Positions 6,935 through 16,826 of a stretch of 32,000 nucleotides of DNA are shown in pieces. This DNA is from Psychrobacter cryohalolentis K5 (GTDB lineage Bacteria > Pseudomonadota > Gammaproteobacteria > Pseudomonadales > Moraxellaceae), in assembly GCF_000013905.1 (NCBI RefSeq), contig NC_007969.1, positions 2,910,001 to 2,942,000 of the forward strand, written 5' to 3'. Below the pieces are notes generated by a model. The model was given only the letters and a program-made list of their open reading frames with translations. It ran no database searches and was not told the origin of the DNA. Each line of letters begins with the position of its first letter. The first letter of the stretch is position 1. The position numbers were made by a program, and so were the translations under genes.

Positions 6935-8374
6935 ATGATCGTAGATATTTTGTTGACGATACATTTTATCCTACTGATACTGATTTCTTTACGGGTCTTA
7001 TCTCGTCATGATTTGACCTCGCCCGCTAGATTAGCATGGATTGTCATTCTGTTTATTTTACCTTATTTTGGCGTGCTGATTTACTGGATGTTTGGTGAAG
7101 TGCATTTGGGTCATGACTTTGGGCAAAAACGCGACGATATCATTAAGCGATTAAATACTCATAGTCCAAGCGTTCTTGGTCATGAGACGACGTTAGAGAA
7201 GATGATCAAGCCCGCTTATCAAGCTTCCTTTGCTTATGCAGCAAAAGCCACCGGTTTTCATACTATGGAGGGTAATCAGGCAGAGCTCATGGCAGATGCA
7301 AGCGAAACACGCAGACGCATGATTGCTGATTTTGATGCTGCAACAGACCATATCCATGTGCTGTATTACATTTGGCTCGTCGATGGCATGGGTATTGATA
7401 CCGCGCAAGCTCTCATCCGAGCAGCAAAGCGCGGCGTTACTTGTCGAGCAATGGTTGATGGCATGGGCTCACGGAAGATGGTGAGCTCAAAGATATGGCA
7501 AGAAATGCAAGATGCTGGCGTACAAGTCAGTGTAGCTCTCCCACTAACCAACTTTGTAAAAGTAATGCTGTTTAGCCGTATTGATCTGCGTAATCACCGC
7601 AAAATTACCGTTATTGATGGCAAAATTGGCTACTCTGGTAGTCGTAACTGCGCCGATCCTGAATTTATGGTAAAGCCAAAATATGCGCCGTGGGTCGATA
7701 TTATGCTGCGTATCGAAGGACCTGTGGTCGCGCAGAATCAGATGTTATTTGCTAGTGATTGGCTGATTGAAAACCCAGATACTTCGCTTGATAGCTTTTA
7801 TTATGATAGCACGCCAAAGCCTAATGGCTTTCCTGCCCAAGTTTTTTCAGATGGTCCTACTCAGCGGCACGGTACCACGCCACAGTTTTTGGGTGCTTTG
7901 ATTAGCCAAGCGCAAGAGACGCTGATTATCTCTACGCCTTATTTCGTGCCCGATTATTCACTCGTCAGTATTTTATGCGCTACTGCCTATCGCGGGGTTG
8001 AAGTGACGATGGTTTTTCCAAAAAATAACGATTCCTTTATCGTTGCCGCGACCAGTCGCAGTTATTATTGGCAATTGCTCGAAGCGGGGGTAAAAATTTA
8101 TGAATATAAACCAGGCTTGTTACACGCGAAGACCTTGACGATTGATGGTGAAATTAGCTTGATTGGCTCGACCAATTTAGACTTACGTAGCTTTGATCTG
8201 AATTATGAGAATAACATTGTTTTTAGCGATAAAAAGCTGACGGCGGATATTATTGAGCGCCAATACCAATATATCGCTGACTCAGACGAAGTAACACGTG
8301 AAGAGGTCAAAAACTGGCCACTATCTTCTAGGATTTGGAACAACATCATTGCTACGATGGGTCCTGTTTTATAA
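6935..8374 (+). CDS. cls: Cardiolipin synthase (phospholipase D family)
   Basis: Two N-terminal TM segments and two HKD motifs (HRKITVIDG and HAKTLTIDG). AAGGGA lies upstream of the ATG at 6935. Confidence 0.9.
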   Translation: MIVDILLTIHFILLILISLRVLSRHDLTSPARLAWIVILFILPYFGVLIYWMFGEVHLGHDFGQKRDDIIKRLNTHSPSVLGHETTLEKMIKPAYQASFAYAAKATGFHTMEGNQAELMADASETRRRMIADFDAATDHIHVLYYIWLVDGMGIDTAQALIRAAKRGVTCRAMVDGMGSRKMVSSKIWQEMQDAGVQVSVALPLTNFVKVMLFSRIDLRNHRKITVIDGKIGYSGSRNCADPEFMVKPKYAPWVDIMLRIEGPVVAQNQMLFASDWLIENPDTSLDSFYYDSTPKPNGFPAQVFSDGPTQRHGTTPQFLGALISQAQETLIISTPYFVPDYSLVSILCATAYRGVEVTMVFPKNNDSFIVAATSRSYYWQLLEAGVKIYEYKPGLLHAKTLTIDGEISLIGSTNLDLRSFDLNYENNIVFSDKKLTADIIERQYQYIADSDEVTREEVKNWPLSSRIWNNIIATMGPVL

Positions 8375-8444
8375 GCCTCTTACTTTAAGCCCATCAGGTT
8401 ATTTTGTGAAGTGTCTTGATAAGATGACATAGCGATAAGTAAAC

Positions 8445-9386
8445 TTATAAGTTCGTTGTTTTCTGCAAAATATATATGACAAACTTGGCTTCAGTTGCAA
8501 ATGTTTCGGTTGCAACTAAAGCTAGTAACGCTTGTCTTTTTTCGCTATGCGCACGATATGCATAAGGAGTCATAGTCAGCAAATCAGCCAAATCATCTGC
8601 TGATAATTTTAACTCAGTACTGACATTATAAGTGTTAAGCAGCGTAAAATATGGCGCTAATTCCTGCAAAAACTTGTCAGAATCGTGCTCACGGACATCG
8701 TCAAACAAAGCCTCACGCATCGTTGCTAAATGACCGATATCTGGCTTAGCAATGATTAAATAACCCTCATCGCTTAATACTTCATTGAACGCTTCTGGCA
8801 GAATGGGACTAAAAATACTGCTAATCCCATTGATCCTTTGCGCACGCAAGGGCAAATGAGCAGCACTGGTTACTAATGGATAAATCACTGCTGTTTTAAT
8901 ACTATCGTTCTTATCTTGCTGATTCCAAAGAGAACTTGCTGCCTTGCTCGCTTTTGCAAGCTCTACTATGGCAGGTTTACTAATATCCGCCGCAATAAGT
9001 GTATCCATACCCGTCTGAGCCATCGCTTCGGTATAGTAGCCTTCGCCGCAGCCGATATCCAGCCAATTGACTGGTTTACCAGTTTGTTCAGATGGCAACT
9101 CGTTTTTTGCTAACAATTCCACTATTTTTTGGCAGATCAGTGCCTGTAATGGCTGATAATACCCTGCATTTAAAAACCGTTTCCGTGCCTCGATGGACGC
9201 TTGACTATCACCCGGTGCTTTAGATTTTTTTTGTTGGACAGGTAGAAGATTAACGTAACCCTGACGCGCCACATCAAAAGGATGCGCAGTTTGTTTTGGG
9301 TGCAAGCTACCATCACAGCGCCATGTATCGATTGCGGGCTGCAGTGGCGACTGGCAAAGGGGACAAATAAATAAGGACACAGGCAT
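8445..9386 (-). CDS. rlmA: 23S rRNA (guanine-N1)-methyltransferase RlmA
   Basis: N-terminal Zn-finger-like CPLCQSPL...WRC, then HPFDVARQGYVNLLPVQQKK...PGDS and the SAM motif LDIGCGEGYY. This closely parallels E. coli RlmA as I remember it. Confidence 0.85.
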   Translation of the reverse strand: MPVSLFICPLCQSPLQPAIDTWRCDGSLHPKQTAHPFDVARQGYVNLLPVQQKKSKAPGDSQASIEARKRFLNAGYYQPLQALICQKIVELLAKNELPSEQTGKPVNWLDIGCGEGYYTEAMAQTGMDTLIAADISKPAIVELAKASKAASSLWNQQDKNDSIKTAVIYPLVTSAAHLPLRAQRINGISSIFSPILPEAFNEVLSDEGYLIIAKPDIGHLATMREALFDDVREHDSDKFLQELAPYFTLLNTYNVSTELKLSADDLADLLTMTPYAYRAHSEKRQALLALVATETFATEAKFVIYILQKTTNL

Positions 9387-9473
9387 CTCAAATCATAGCA
9401 ATATGGCTGTTATTTTACCAAAATTCAGCCATGCTAAGTGTTAAAAGGTATGAGAAAAGATAGTATGGGAAAC

Positions 9474-9509
9474 AAAAAAGCCATCTCAAACTTGTTGAGA
9501 TGGCTTTTT
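9474..9509 (-). terminator. Rho-independent terminator after mraY (structurally bidirectional)
   Basis: GCCATCTCAA (9480-9489), loop ACTTG, TTGAGATGGC (9495-9504). It is flanked by A6 (9474-9479) and T5 (9505-9509). Confidence 0.8.
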
Positions 9510-9544
9510 AACGAAGAATATCGAGATTAATCTGAGTTACTGTT

Positions 9545-10663
9545 CTAACGCAGCTTTAACGTCATCAAGCCAAGGATAACCAAGATAATGGCGATAATCC
9601 AAAACCTTGCGACCACTTGGGTTTCTTTCCAGCCAATCTCTTCAAAATGGTGATGCAGCGGTGCCATACGAAAGACGCGCTTTTTGCGTAGCTTATATGA
9701 GCCAACCTGTAGCATTACCGACAATGCTTCTGCAACGAACAGTCCGCCCATAATTGCGAAAGCGATTTCTTGACGGGTCATTACCGCAATGGTACCGAGC
9801 ATTGCGCCCAGTGACAGCGCACCCACATCACCCATAAACACTTGCGCTGGATGGGCGTTAAACCATAAAAAGCCAAGCCCTGCGCCAATCATCGCGCCAC
9901 AGACAATAATCACCTCAGAATTGTAGGCAATATAAGGTACGTGCAAGTAATCCGCAAAGCGTACGTCACCAGAGACATATGCCATCGCGCCCAAGCCTGC
10001 AGCAACCAAGACCACTGGCAAAATCGCCAAGCCATCCAAGCCATCAGTTAAATTGACCGCGTTAGAGGCGCCATTAATCACAAAGTAAGTAAAGATAATA
10101 AAGCCAATACCAAACGGCACTGCCGAAAATGGAATCATCCAATCTTTAAAGATAGGTATTAATAAATCCTGCATCTCGCGAGTCGTCGCAATATCTGGCT
10201 GCAGTGTGGCAATATAATATAAAGAAATGCCGACGAATAATGCACCCATGGATAGCCAAAAGTATTTTTTGCGAGCAATTAGACCTTTTGGGTTCTTATA
10301 TTTAATTTTGAGCCAATCATCCGCCCAGCCTACCGCACCAAAGATAATCATGACAATGAGCAAAATCCAGACATACGGATTATTCAAACGCGCCCAAAGT
10401 AAGGTTGATACCCCAATTGCGCTCAAAATCAGCACCCCACCCATGGTCGGGGTGCCAGTTTTGACCAAATGCGACTGTGGTCCATCATTACGAATCGCCT
10501 GACCGTACTTAAGTGCACGCAAACGTCGAATAACGCGATTACCAAAAACCATGCTAAAAGCAAGGGCGGTAACGACCGCCAGTAACGCGCGCAGCGTCAA
10601 AGAAGAAACCGCATAAAACGGGGCATAATAATGACCAAGCCAGCTAAACAACCAAACTAACAC
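9545..10663 (-). CDS. mraY: Phospho-N-acetylmuramoyl-pentapeptide transferase
   Basis: Collinear with E. coli MraY from MLVWL... to ...LKLR. It starts with GTG, 3 nt after the murF stop. Confidence 0.95.
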   Translation of the reverse strand: MLVWLFSWLGHYYAPFYAVSSLTLRALLAVVTALAFSMVFGNRVIRRLRALKYGQAIRNDGPQSHLVKTGTPTMGGVLILSAIGVSTLLWARLNNPYVWILLIVMIIFGAVGWADDWLKIKYKNPKGLIARKKYFWLSMGALFVGISLYYIATLQPDIATTREMQDLLIPIFKDWMIPFSAVPFGIGFIIFTYFVINGASNAVNLTDGLDGLAILPVVLVAAGLGAMAYVSGDVRFADYLHVPYIAYNSEVIIVCGAMIGAGLGFLWFNAHPAQVFMGDVGALSLGAMLGTIAVMTRQEIAFAIMGGLFVAEALSVMLQVGSYKLRKKRVFRMAPLHHHFEEIGWKETQVVARFWIIAIILVILGLMTLKLR

Positions 10664-10666
10664 TGC

Positions 10667-12115
10667 CTACTCCTCGACTAGCGCATTGATAAGTGTTTCC
10701 ATTTCCATGGAACGAGAACCTTTAAACAACACCGTACAAGGTTGCGCCTGCTGCGCTTGCAAATAAGGTTTCAAGTACGCCAATAAACTGTCTTTATCGG
10801 TAAACGCATAGGCATTGATATCAGAAATCTCCTGCGCACCTTCGACTGTATAAGGGGCATATTCACCAACGCAAAGCAGTACATTAATACCTGTGGTCGC
10901 AATGGTACGACCCAAGCTTTGATGCTCGCTAACCGCCGCCTCTCCCAGTTCTGCGATATCGCCCAGCACCATGACTTGCGTGCCCGTTTGTGCTGCCAAT
11001 ACTTTTGCTGCAGCTCGCACCGAATGTGGATTGGCATTATAAGTATCATCAATCAGTCGATGCATGCCTAACAGCTGACTGTTCAAGCGACCTTTGGCAG
11101 GACGCGCATTTTCAAGTCCAACGACGATATCACTAACTTCAATATTTAATGCATGGGCACAGGCAGCAGCGGCTAAAGCATTATTGACATTGTGCTCGCC
11201 CGCTAGTGGCAAGTTGATATCATGGACTTGATTGCCTATATGCAGCTTAAATTCACTGCGCTCAGGCTCGACATCTAAATGGCTGGCACTGACATCAGTA
11301 CTACCAAAGCCAATCACGTGTGATGTATGCTTTTCAGCGATACGGCGTAATTGATTGGTAAAATCATCTTTATCAGGAACGATCGCAAATTGGCTGTCAT
11401 TCAAGGTATGGTAAATCTCAGCCTTGGTTTGGCAAATCCCTTCACGGCTGCCAAACTCACCCAAATGCGCCGTGCCAATATTTAAAATACACGCAACATC
11501 TGGCTGGACAATCTCCGTAGTATAAGCAATTTCGCCAATATGGTTTGCGCCAAGCTCTAGGATGGCATAGCGATGATGGTCGGATAATTCGAGCAACATC
11601 ATCGGCACACCCAAATCATTATTTAGGTTGCCACGCGTGATAAGCGTTGGGGCAAGTCTGCCAAAGATACTACCGAGCATCTCTTTACAGGTGGTCTTAC
11701 CACTAGAGCCAGTAATAGCAATGACGGTTAAATTTTGATGCTGCTGACGACGATACGCAGCCAATTGCCCTAACGCTAAACGGGTATCGCTCACCACTAA
11801 CTGCGGAATACTATTTGCATCAGCTGTAGCAATAGGGCGGGCGACGATAGCCGCAACCGCACCTTGTGCAATGGCAGTATCGAGATAATCGTGACCATCA
11901 AAATTGTCACCCGTTAACGCTAAAAATATATCACCAGGCTTTATCGTACGGGTGTCGGTGGCAATACGAGTGCTCATTACATCGTTTTTTGAGCCGGATT
12001 GTTCCTCACTCAGCTGCCAATGCCCGTCGAGTGCTGCGGTTGCTGCGAGCAGATTGTCTTCTTGCCAAACATACAGCCCTTGCGACTGAATGCTGTTATC
12101 GTTGTCGGCTGTCAT
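10667..12115 (-). CDS. murF: UDP-MurNAc-tripeptide--D-alanyl-D-alanine ligase
   Basis: Mur ligase motifs (ITGSSGKTT, NDLGVP, YNANP), position between murE and mraY, and an ATG start at 12115. Confidence 0.9.
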   Translation of the reverse strand: MTADNDNSIQSQGLYVWQEDNLLAATAALDGHWQLSEEQSGSKNDVMSTRIATDTRTIKPGDIFLALTGDNFDGHDYLDTAIAQGAVAAIVARPIATADANSIPQLVVSDTRLALGQLAAYRRQQHQNLTVIAITGSSGKTTCKEMLGSIFGRLAPTLITRGNLNNDLGVPMMLLELSDHHRYAILELGANHIGEIAYTTEIVQPDVACILNIGTAHLGEFGSREGICQTKAEIYHTLNDSQFAIVPDKDDFTNQLRRIAEKHTSHVIGFGSTDVSASHLDVEPERSEFKLHIGNQVHDINLPLAGEHNVNNALAAAACAHALNIEVSDIVVGLENARPAKGRLNSQLLGMHRLIDDTYNANPHSVRAAAKVLAAQTGTQVMVLGDIAELGEAAVSEHQSLGRTIATTGINVLLCVGEYAPYTVEGAQEISDINAYAFTDKDSLLAYLKPYLQAQQAQPCTVLFKGSRSMEMETLINALVEE

Positions 12116-12234
12116 AATGATTACCTTATATATGATGACTACTTACTTATTTATTTATTTTTTATAGTTAACGACTAATACTTTTTAGATAGCATGAAAA
12201 ACTAACTGTAAGCGCTATTATTTATCTATAAATG

Positions 12235-13947
12235 CTATACGCGCCCTGCTTGTTTTAAGGCATTTTGCAAAATAACACTGTCGTCAAAATCATAACGAAC
12301 ATGATTAATCTCTTGATAGGTCTCATGACCCTTGCCAGCAATAACGACGATATCATCAGCCGCTGCTTGATTGACCGCATACTCAATCGCTGCTTGGCGC
12401 GCAGGCTCAATATGGGTACGCTGATATTGCTCAGTGCTCATCCCTACCTGCATATCTTGCAAAATCGCGTTGGGGTCTTCAGTACGTGGATTGTCTGCCG
12501 TTAACACGACTTTATCCGCGCCTGCCAATCCTGCTTGCGCCATCAAAGGACGTTTGCCCGCATCACGGTCGCCACCGCAGCCAAACACTGCCCATAGCTG
12601 GCCTTTACAATGAGTTTTGAGACTGGCAAGCACCTGACTTAAGGCATCAGGGGTGTGAGCATAATCGACGATGAAACAACCATCATTCGATGGTACACGC
12701 TGCATACGCCCAACCGCACCTTGTAACTGCGGCACCACTGCGGCAATATGCTCAAGGCTAATGCCTAAAGCTACAGCAGCTGCCATAGCAGCAAGTAAAT
12801 TCGCCACGTTAAAACGTCCCAATAATGGGCTAACGATATCTAAATGATTCATTGTCCCATCGTCGAAATCTGTACGCAGGCTGATCTCTACACCTCGTAA
12901 ACTTGGCGTGATGTTAGCGGCGACGAAGGTAGCTGTTTTTAGTGAATCTAAGCTGTATGTCCAAACGGTCAAATTGCTAGCGTGTGCGGTGTCAAGCATA
13001 ATCTGGGCATGCTCGTCATCGATATTGATAATGGCATGGGTCAAATCCGGAAAATGGGCTTTATCAAACAACTTGGCTTTAGCTGCCGCGTACTCTGCCA
13101 TATCAGCATGATAATCTAAATGATCGCGACTCAGGTTGGTATAAATCGCCACCGACACTGGCATACCTTGCAGACGCTGCTGATCTAAACCATGTGAGCT
13201 GGCTTCCAATGCTAGTAGTTCAGCACCTTCTTTGCCCATTTGATACAAAAACTGCTGGACCGCTAAAACATCTCCCGTGGTATGGCTGGCTTGCACCAAA
13301 GCACCAAACCTACCATTACCTGCCGTGCCCATGACTGCGCTGCTCATACCTGTCAGCTGCGTCAATTGTGCCACCAATTGGCTAATGGTGGTTTTGCCAT
13401 TGGTGCCCGTCACGGCTATGACAGTTGGTAATGTCACGGGCTGCTGATACTGCAAACGTGCTTGAATGAGTGTCCCTAAAAAATCACGAATGTTGGGCAC
13501 ATGTAAAACGGGGCAAGGCAGTGCTACTAATTGCTGCTGCGCTTTAGCAGTACTATCATTTGGTAAGGTGATATCGGCATGATTTGATACACTAGTCGTG
13601 TTAAGTAAAGCCCTAGGATCTATTTCTGATAGGATAAAAGCCGCATTGTTAGCGGCTTGATAAAGGTGGTCACGGCTTTTTTGGCAATTTGGCGTATGGC
13701 TTTTTAACAAGACGAACACGTCGTTGCTGGCTAGTTGACGGCTGTCTAAACAGAACTGCTGGAATGGAATATTGATCACCGCATCCAGTTGAACAGCGGT
13801 TATTTGATGCGATGACTCGCTAACAGCTGCGGTCATATTCGCTGTAAATACCTGCTGTAGACTATGTCTATCGTCGCTGCTACTAGCTGCAAGCAGCTGT
13901 TGCAAGGTAACTGTGATACTGCTTGGCGACGAGGTAGACAGGGTCAT
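12235..13947 (-). CDS. murE: UDP-MurNAc-L-Ala-D-Glu--2,6-diaminopimelate ligase
   Basis: VTGTNGKTT, DYAHTPDAL and the DNPR motif (LTADNPRTEDP). I prefer the ATG at 13947 over the TTG at 13953. The N-terminal region is longer than in E. coli MurE. Confidence 0.9.
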   Translation of the reverse strand: MTLSTSSPSSITVTLQQLLAASSSDDRHSLQQVFTANMTAAVSESSHQITAVQLDAVINIPFQQFCLDSRQLASNDVFVLLKSHTPNCQKSRDHLYQAANNAAFILSEIDPRALLNTTSVSNHADITLPNDSTAKAQQQLVALPCPVLHVPNIRDFLGTLIQARLQYQQPVTLPTVIAVTGTNGKTTISQLVAQLTQLTGMSSAVMGTAGNGRFGALVQASHTTGDVLAVQQFLYQMGKEGAELLALEASSHGLDQQRLQGMPVSVAIYTNLSRDHLDYHADMAEYAAAKAKLFDKAHFPDLTHAIINIDDEHAQIMLDTAHASNLTVWTYSLDSLKTATFVAANITPSLRGVEISLRTDFDDGTMNHLDIVSPLLGRFNVANLLAAMAAAVALGISLEHIAAVVPQLQGAVGRMQRVPSNDGCFIVDYAHTPDALSQVLASLKTHCKGQLWAVFGCGGDRDAGKRPLMAQAGLAGADKVVLTADNPRTEDPNAILQDMQVGMSTEQYQRTHIEPARQAAIEYAVNQAAADDIVVIAGKGHETYQEINHVRYDFDDSVILQNALKQAGRV

Positions 13948-14017
13948 TGGCAAATCCTAAACGGTTAAAACACATCAAATAGTTAAGAGGTGGATATTAA
14001 AAAATTTACTTTTATAT

Positions 14018-16105
14018 CTATTGAGCTTCGGTTTTGAGCGGCTTATCTAAAGGCACATTATATAAACGTAGTGCCTCTTTCATGACATTATGGAAAACAG
14101 GAGCCACGGTTAAACCAGCATAAATCTGACCACGCGGGTCTTCGATTAACATGACACCGACCAGTTTTGGATTAGAAGCTGGTGCCATACCCGCAAAGAC
14201 ATTACGATACTGGTCAGTATAGTAGCCACCTTTTGGATTGATACGGCGCGAGGTTCCTGTTTTACCAGCAACGCGGTAACCATCAATAGCCGCACCTTTA
14301 GCCGTACCGCCGTCTTCTGTGACACTTTCCATCATCTGTACGATGGCCATCGCTTGTTCATGCGCCATAATACGTTTGCTTGGTAGCGCTTTGTCATTTT
14401 TATTCAACGTTAGCGGATGCATGACGCCACCTGCCGCCAGCGCTGAATAAGCTTGTGCTATCTGTGCCAGTGTTACCTGTATACCATAGCCATAACTGAC
14501 CGTTGCCCGTCTCGAAGTTTCTTTTTCTTCTGGTGTCACCACAAGCCCACTGCCTTCACCTGGAAATTGCAGTGGTGTTTTTGCCCCAAAGCCAAACTGT
14601 CTTTGCATATTGGTAATGCCGTCAGCCGGTAGAGACAAAGCAATCTTGGTCGAGGCGACGTTACTAGATTTCTGTAGTAGCGTTGCCATCGTGATCCGCC
14701 CTAGATTATTATGGTCACGAATCGTATAACCACGGACACGGATAGAGCCAGGATTGGTATCGATTAAAGTAGTGGCAGTGTATTTCCCTGAATCTAAAGC
14801 CGCAGCAACGGTGAATGGCTTCATGACTGAACCGGGTTCAAAGACATCAAGGAGCGCACGGTTACGCTGATTTTCACCCGTCATCTCATTCAGATTATTA
14901 GAGTTAAATGACGGCCATGTCGATAGCGCAAGTACTTCACCAGTTTGTACATCGACTACCATACCTGTCGACCAGCGCGCTTTTTGCAAACGCCCCGCTT
15001 TTTCTAGCTCTTTATAAAGCAAATATTGCAAACGCGAATCAATGGTCAATGTCACATCTTTACCTGGTACTTCTGGTTCAACCTGTTTGATTTCTTTAAG
15101 ACTGTTTTGTTTGGCATCTTTGAGCACCAAAACCTTACCATCATCACCCGCCAGATCTTTCTCATACTGACGTTCGATACCAGCACGTCCTTCATAACCA
15201 CCTTCAGGATCGTTGGCATTTTGTCCCATGAAACCTAGTAGTTGCGAGTTAGGCTGTGGCTGCGGATAATAGCGCTGAAAAAAGTTTTTCTCATTAACAC
15301 CAGGAAAATCAAGCGAGCTAACGCTTTCTGCAATCTCCGGCGTTACTTTATTTAATAGTGGCAAATAATGCGAGCCTGCACCCGATGGCAGCGCTGCTTT
15401 GACTGCCACCTCATCCGTTACATCAATAGTAGGGTCGATAGCTGTCACTCTTTTTAGCTCATCGGCTGAGATGTTGGCAGCCGCCGCAAGCGTCGTCAAA
15501 TCCATATTGTCTAAGCGCTTTTGCATACGTGCGATAAGCTGCGGACTTTCAGGATTGGTGATAATAATACGCTTAAGCTCGTAGTATTCACGGGCATAGT
15601 CATGCGGGCTAAAAGAGACTGTCGCAAGTGGTGCACTGACAGCCAATGGCAAATCGTTGCGATCCGTAATCATGCCACGATAGGATTTTTGCGTGCGTAC
15701 ACTGGTGATGAGCTCATTGCCTTTATCTTGATAAAACTGAGTATTGGCAATTTGAATATAGTAAGCACGACCGATAAGTGCCACCAAAATAAGCAGCGCT
15801 ATACCCCAAATCAAACGGAAACGGTTCTTATCTTGTTCGACACCGCCGCGAGAGGAAGCACCAGATGCTTTTCCCAAAATTGATCTTTTGCTTTTTAGAT
15901 TTTTGACACTGGTATAAGCACCCTGTTCTTCATTCTTTTTTAAGCGACCAAATAGCTTGGCTTTACGGCCATCATCTGATTTATGGTCAGGCTTGCTACT
16001 CGTTTGCCCAGATTTGGCCGCACTAGCACGGCGTAGTGGCTTAGTAACCTTGCCGCTGGCGGGTTTTTTGCTGGTCGCTTTAGCACTGGGTTTTTTATCG
16101 CTCAT
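14018..16105 (-). CDS. ftsI: Peptidoglycan D,D-transpeptidase FtsI (PBP3) with long basic N-terminal tail
   Basis: Transpeptidase motifs (SVMKP for SxxK, KTGT) and one TM segment (FRLIWGIALLILVALIG) at about aa 96. The ATG overlaps the ftsL stop as ATGA (16102-16105). Confidence 0.9.
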   Translation of the reverse strand: MSDKKPSAKATSKKPASGKVTKPLRRASAAKSGQTSSKPDHKSDDGRKAKLFGRLKKNEEQGAYTSVKNLKSKRSILGKASGASSRGGVEQDKNRFRLIWGIALLILVALIGRAYYIQIANTQFYQDKGNELITSVRTQKSYRGMITDRNDLPLAVSAPLATVSFSPHDYAREYYELKRIIITNPESPQLIARMQKRLDNMDLTTLAAAANISADELKRVTAIDPTIDVTDEVAVKAALPSGAGSHYLPLLNKVTPEIAESVSSLDFPGVNEKNFFQRYYPQPQPNSQLLGFMGQNANDPEGGYEGRAGIERQYEKDLAGDDGKVLVLKDAKQNSLKEIKQVEPEVPGKDVTLTIDSRLQYLLYKELEKAGRLQKARWSTGMVVDVQTGEVLALSTWPSFNSNNLNEMTGENQRNRALLDVFEPGSVMKPFTVAAALDSGKYTATTLIDTNPGSIRVRGYTIRDHNNLGRITMATLLQKSSNVASTKIALSLPADGITNMQRQFGFGAKTPLQFPGEGSGLVVTPEEKETSRRATVSYGYGIQVTLAQIAQAYSALAAGGVMHPLTLNKNDKALPSKRIMAHEQAMAIVQMMESVTEDGGTAKGAAIDGYRVAGKTGTSRRINPKGGYYTDQYRNVFAGMAPASNPKLVGVMLIEDPRGQIYAGLTVAPVFHNVMKEALRLYNVPLDKPLKTEAQ

Positions 16106-16614
16106 TGTCCTGCCTCCGCTAGGTCAGAATCGGTAGCAGCAGCCTTAACGGGTGCATCGCTCACAGCATCAGCTTCGAAAACATCAGAATCATTCGTCGT
16201 TAAAGTGTCTGGAGTACTGGCATCAGGGTCCACGAGTGCAACTGCTGTCGCAGCACCTGGCTGGATAATCAGCTTATCTTTGAGTGTCGGCGAAAACATC
16301 CCAAGCTCAGCAACGGCACGACTGGCAATCTGCGGCGTCGCACTAAAGGTCTGTTGTTCAATAAGCAGACGCTGATGCTCAACTTGTAGTTTTCGCTCTT
16401 GTTTTTTCATGTCTTGCAAGGTTTTATAATCCTGATGATATTGCTGAACACCTTCAGCCGTTTTGATGCCACTCCATACAATACCAGCCGCCAACAGTAC
16501 CAATATAGCTACATAGATATTTGATATTTTAAATTTACGCACAAATAAGGCGCCAACATCGGTATTTGATGGCGTTGCGGCGCGGCGGTTTGCAGGTTTG
16601 TCGGATATTGCCAT
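16102..16614 (-). CDS. ftsL: Cell division protein FtsL
   Basis: One TM segment, then a coiled-coil-like region (QERKLQVEHQRLLIEQQ) and AVAELGMFSP. It sits between rsmH and ftsI and has an acidic C-terminal extension. Confidence 0.8.
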   Translation of the reverse strand: MAISDKPANRRAATPSNTDVGALFVRKFKISNIYVAILVLLAAGIVWSGIKTAEGVQQYHQDYKTLQDMKKQERKLQVEHQRLLIEQQTFSATPQIASRAVAELGMFSPTLKDKLIIQPGAATAVALVDPDASTPDTLTTNDSDVFEADAVSDAPVKAAATDSDLAEAGQ

Positions 16615-16826
16615 GACAATCTCAAAAAAGTGAACTTCAAAATATAAAAAGCGATAACCATTTACGAGTTATAAAACTCTTATAAGCCATCAGCACCATC
16701 AATAAAAACAATACCAAGCAAAAAAGTAACTGCTGAGCCTAGCAGATAATGTTTACAGCTTTTTAACAGCCGCGTAATCATTAAAACATTCAGTCATATT
16801 TAAACCACATAAGTTAATAATGGCAT

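Noticed and set aside
6898-12191. The exact 14-mer ATACTTTTTAGATA present twice (6898-6911 upstream of cls, and 12178-12191 in the murE-murF spacer)
   Set aside because: With roughly 1e9 position pairs in 32 kb on both strands and 4^14 possible 14-mers, a few chance repeats are expected, and more in AT-rich DNA. The two copies also have different orientations relative to their neighbouring genes.
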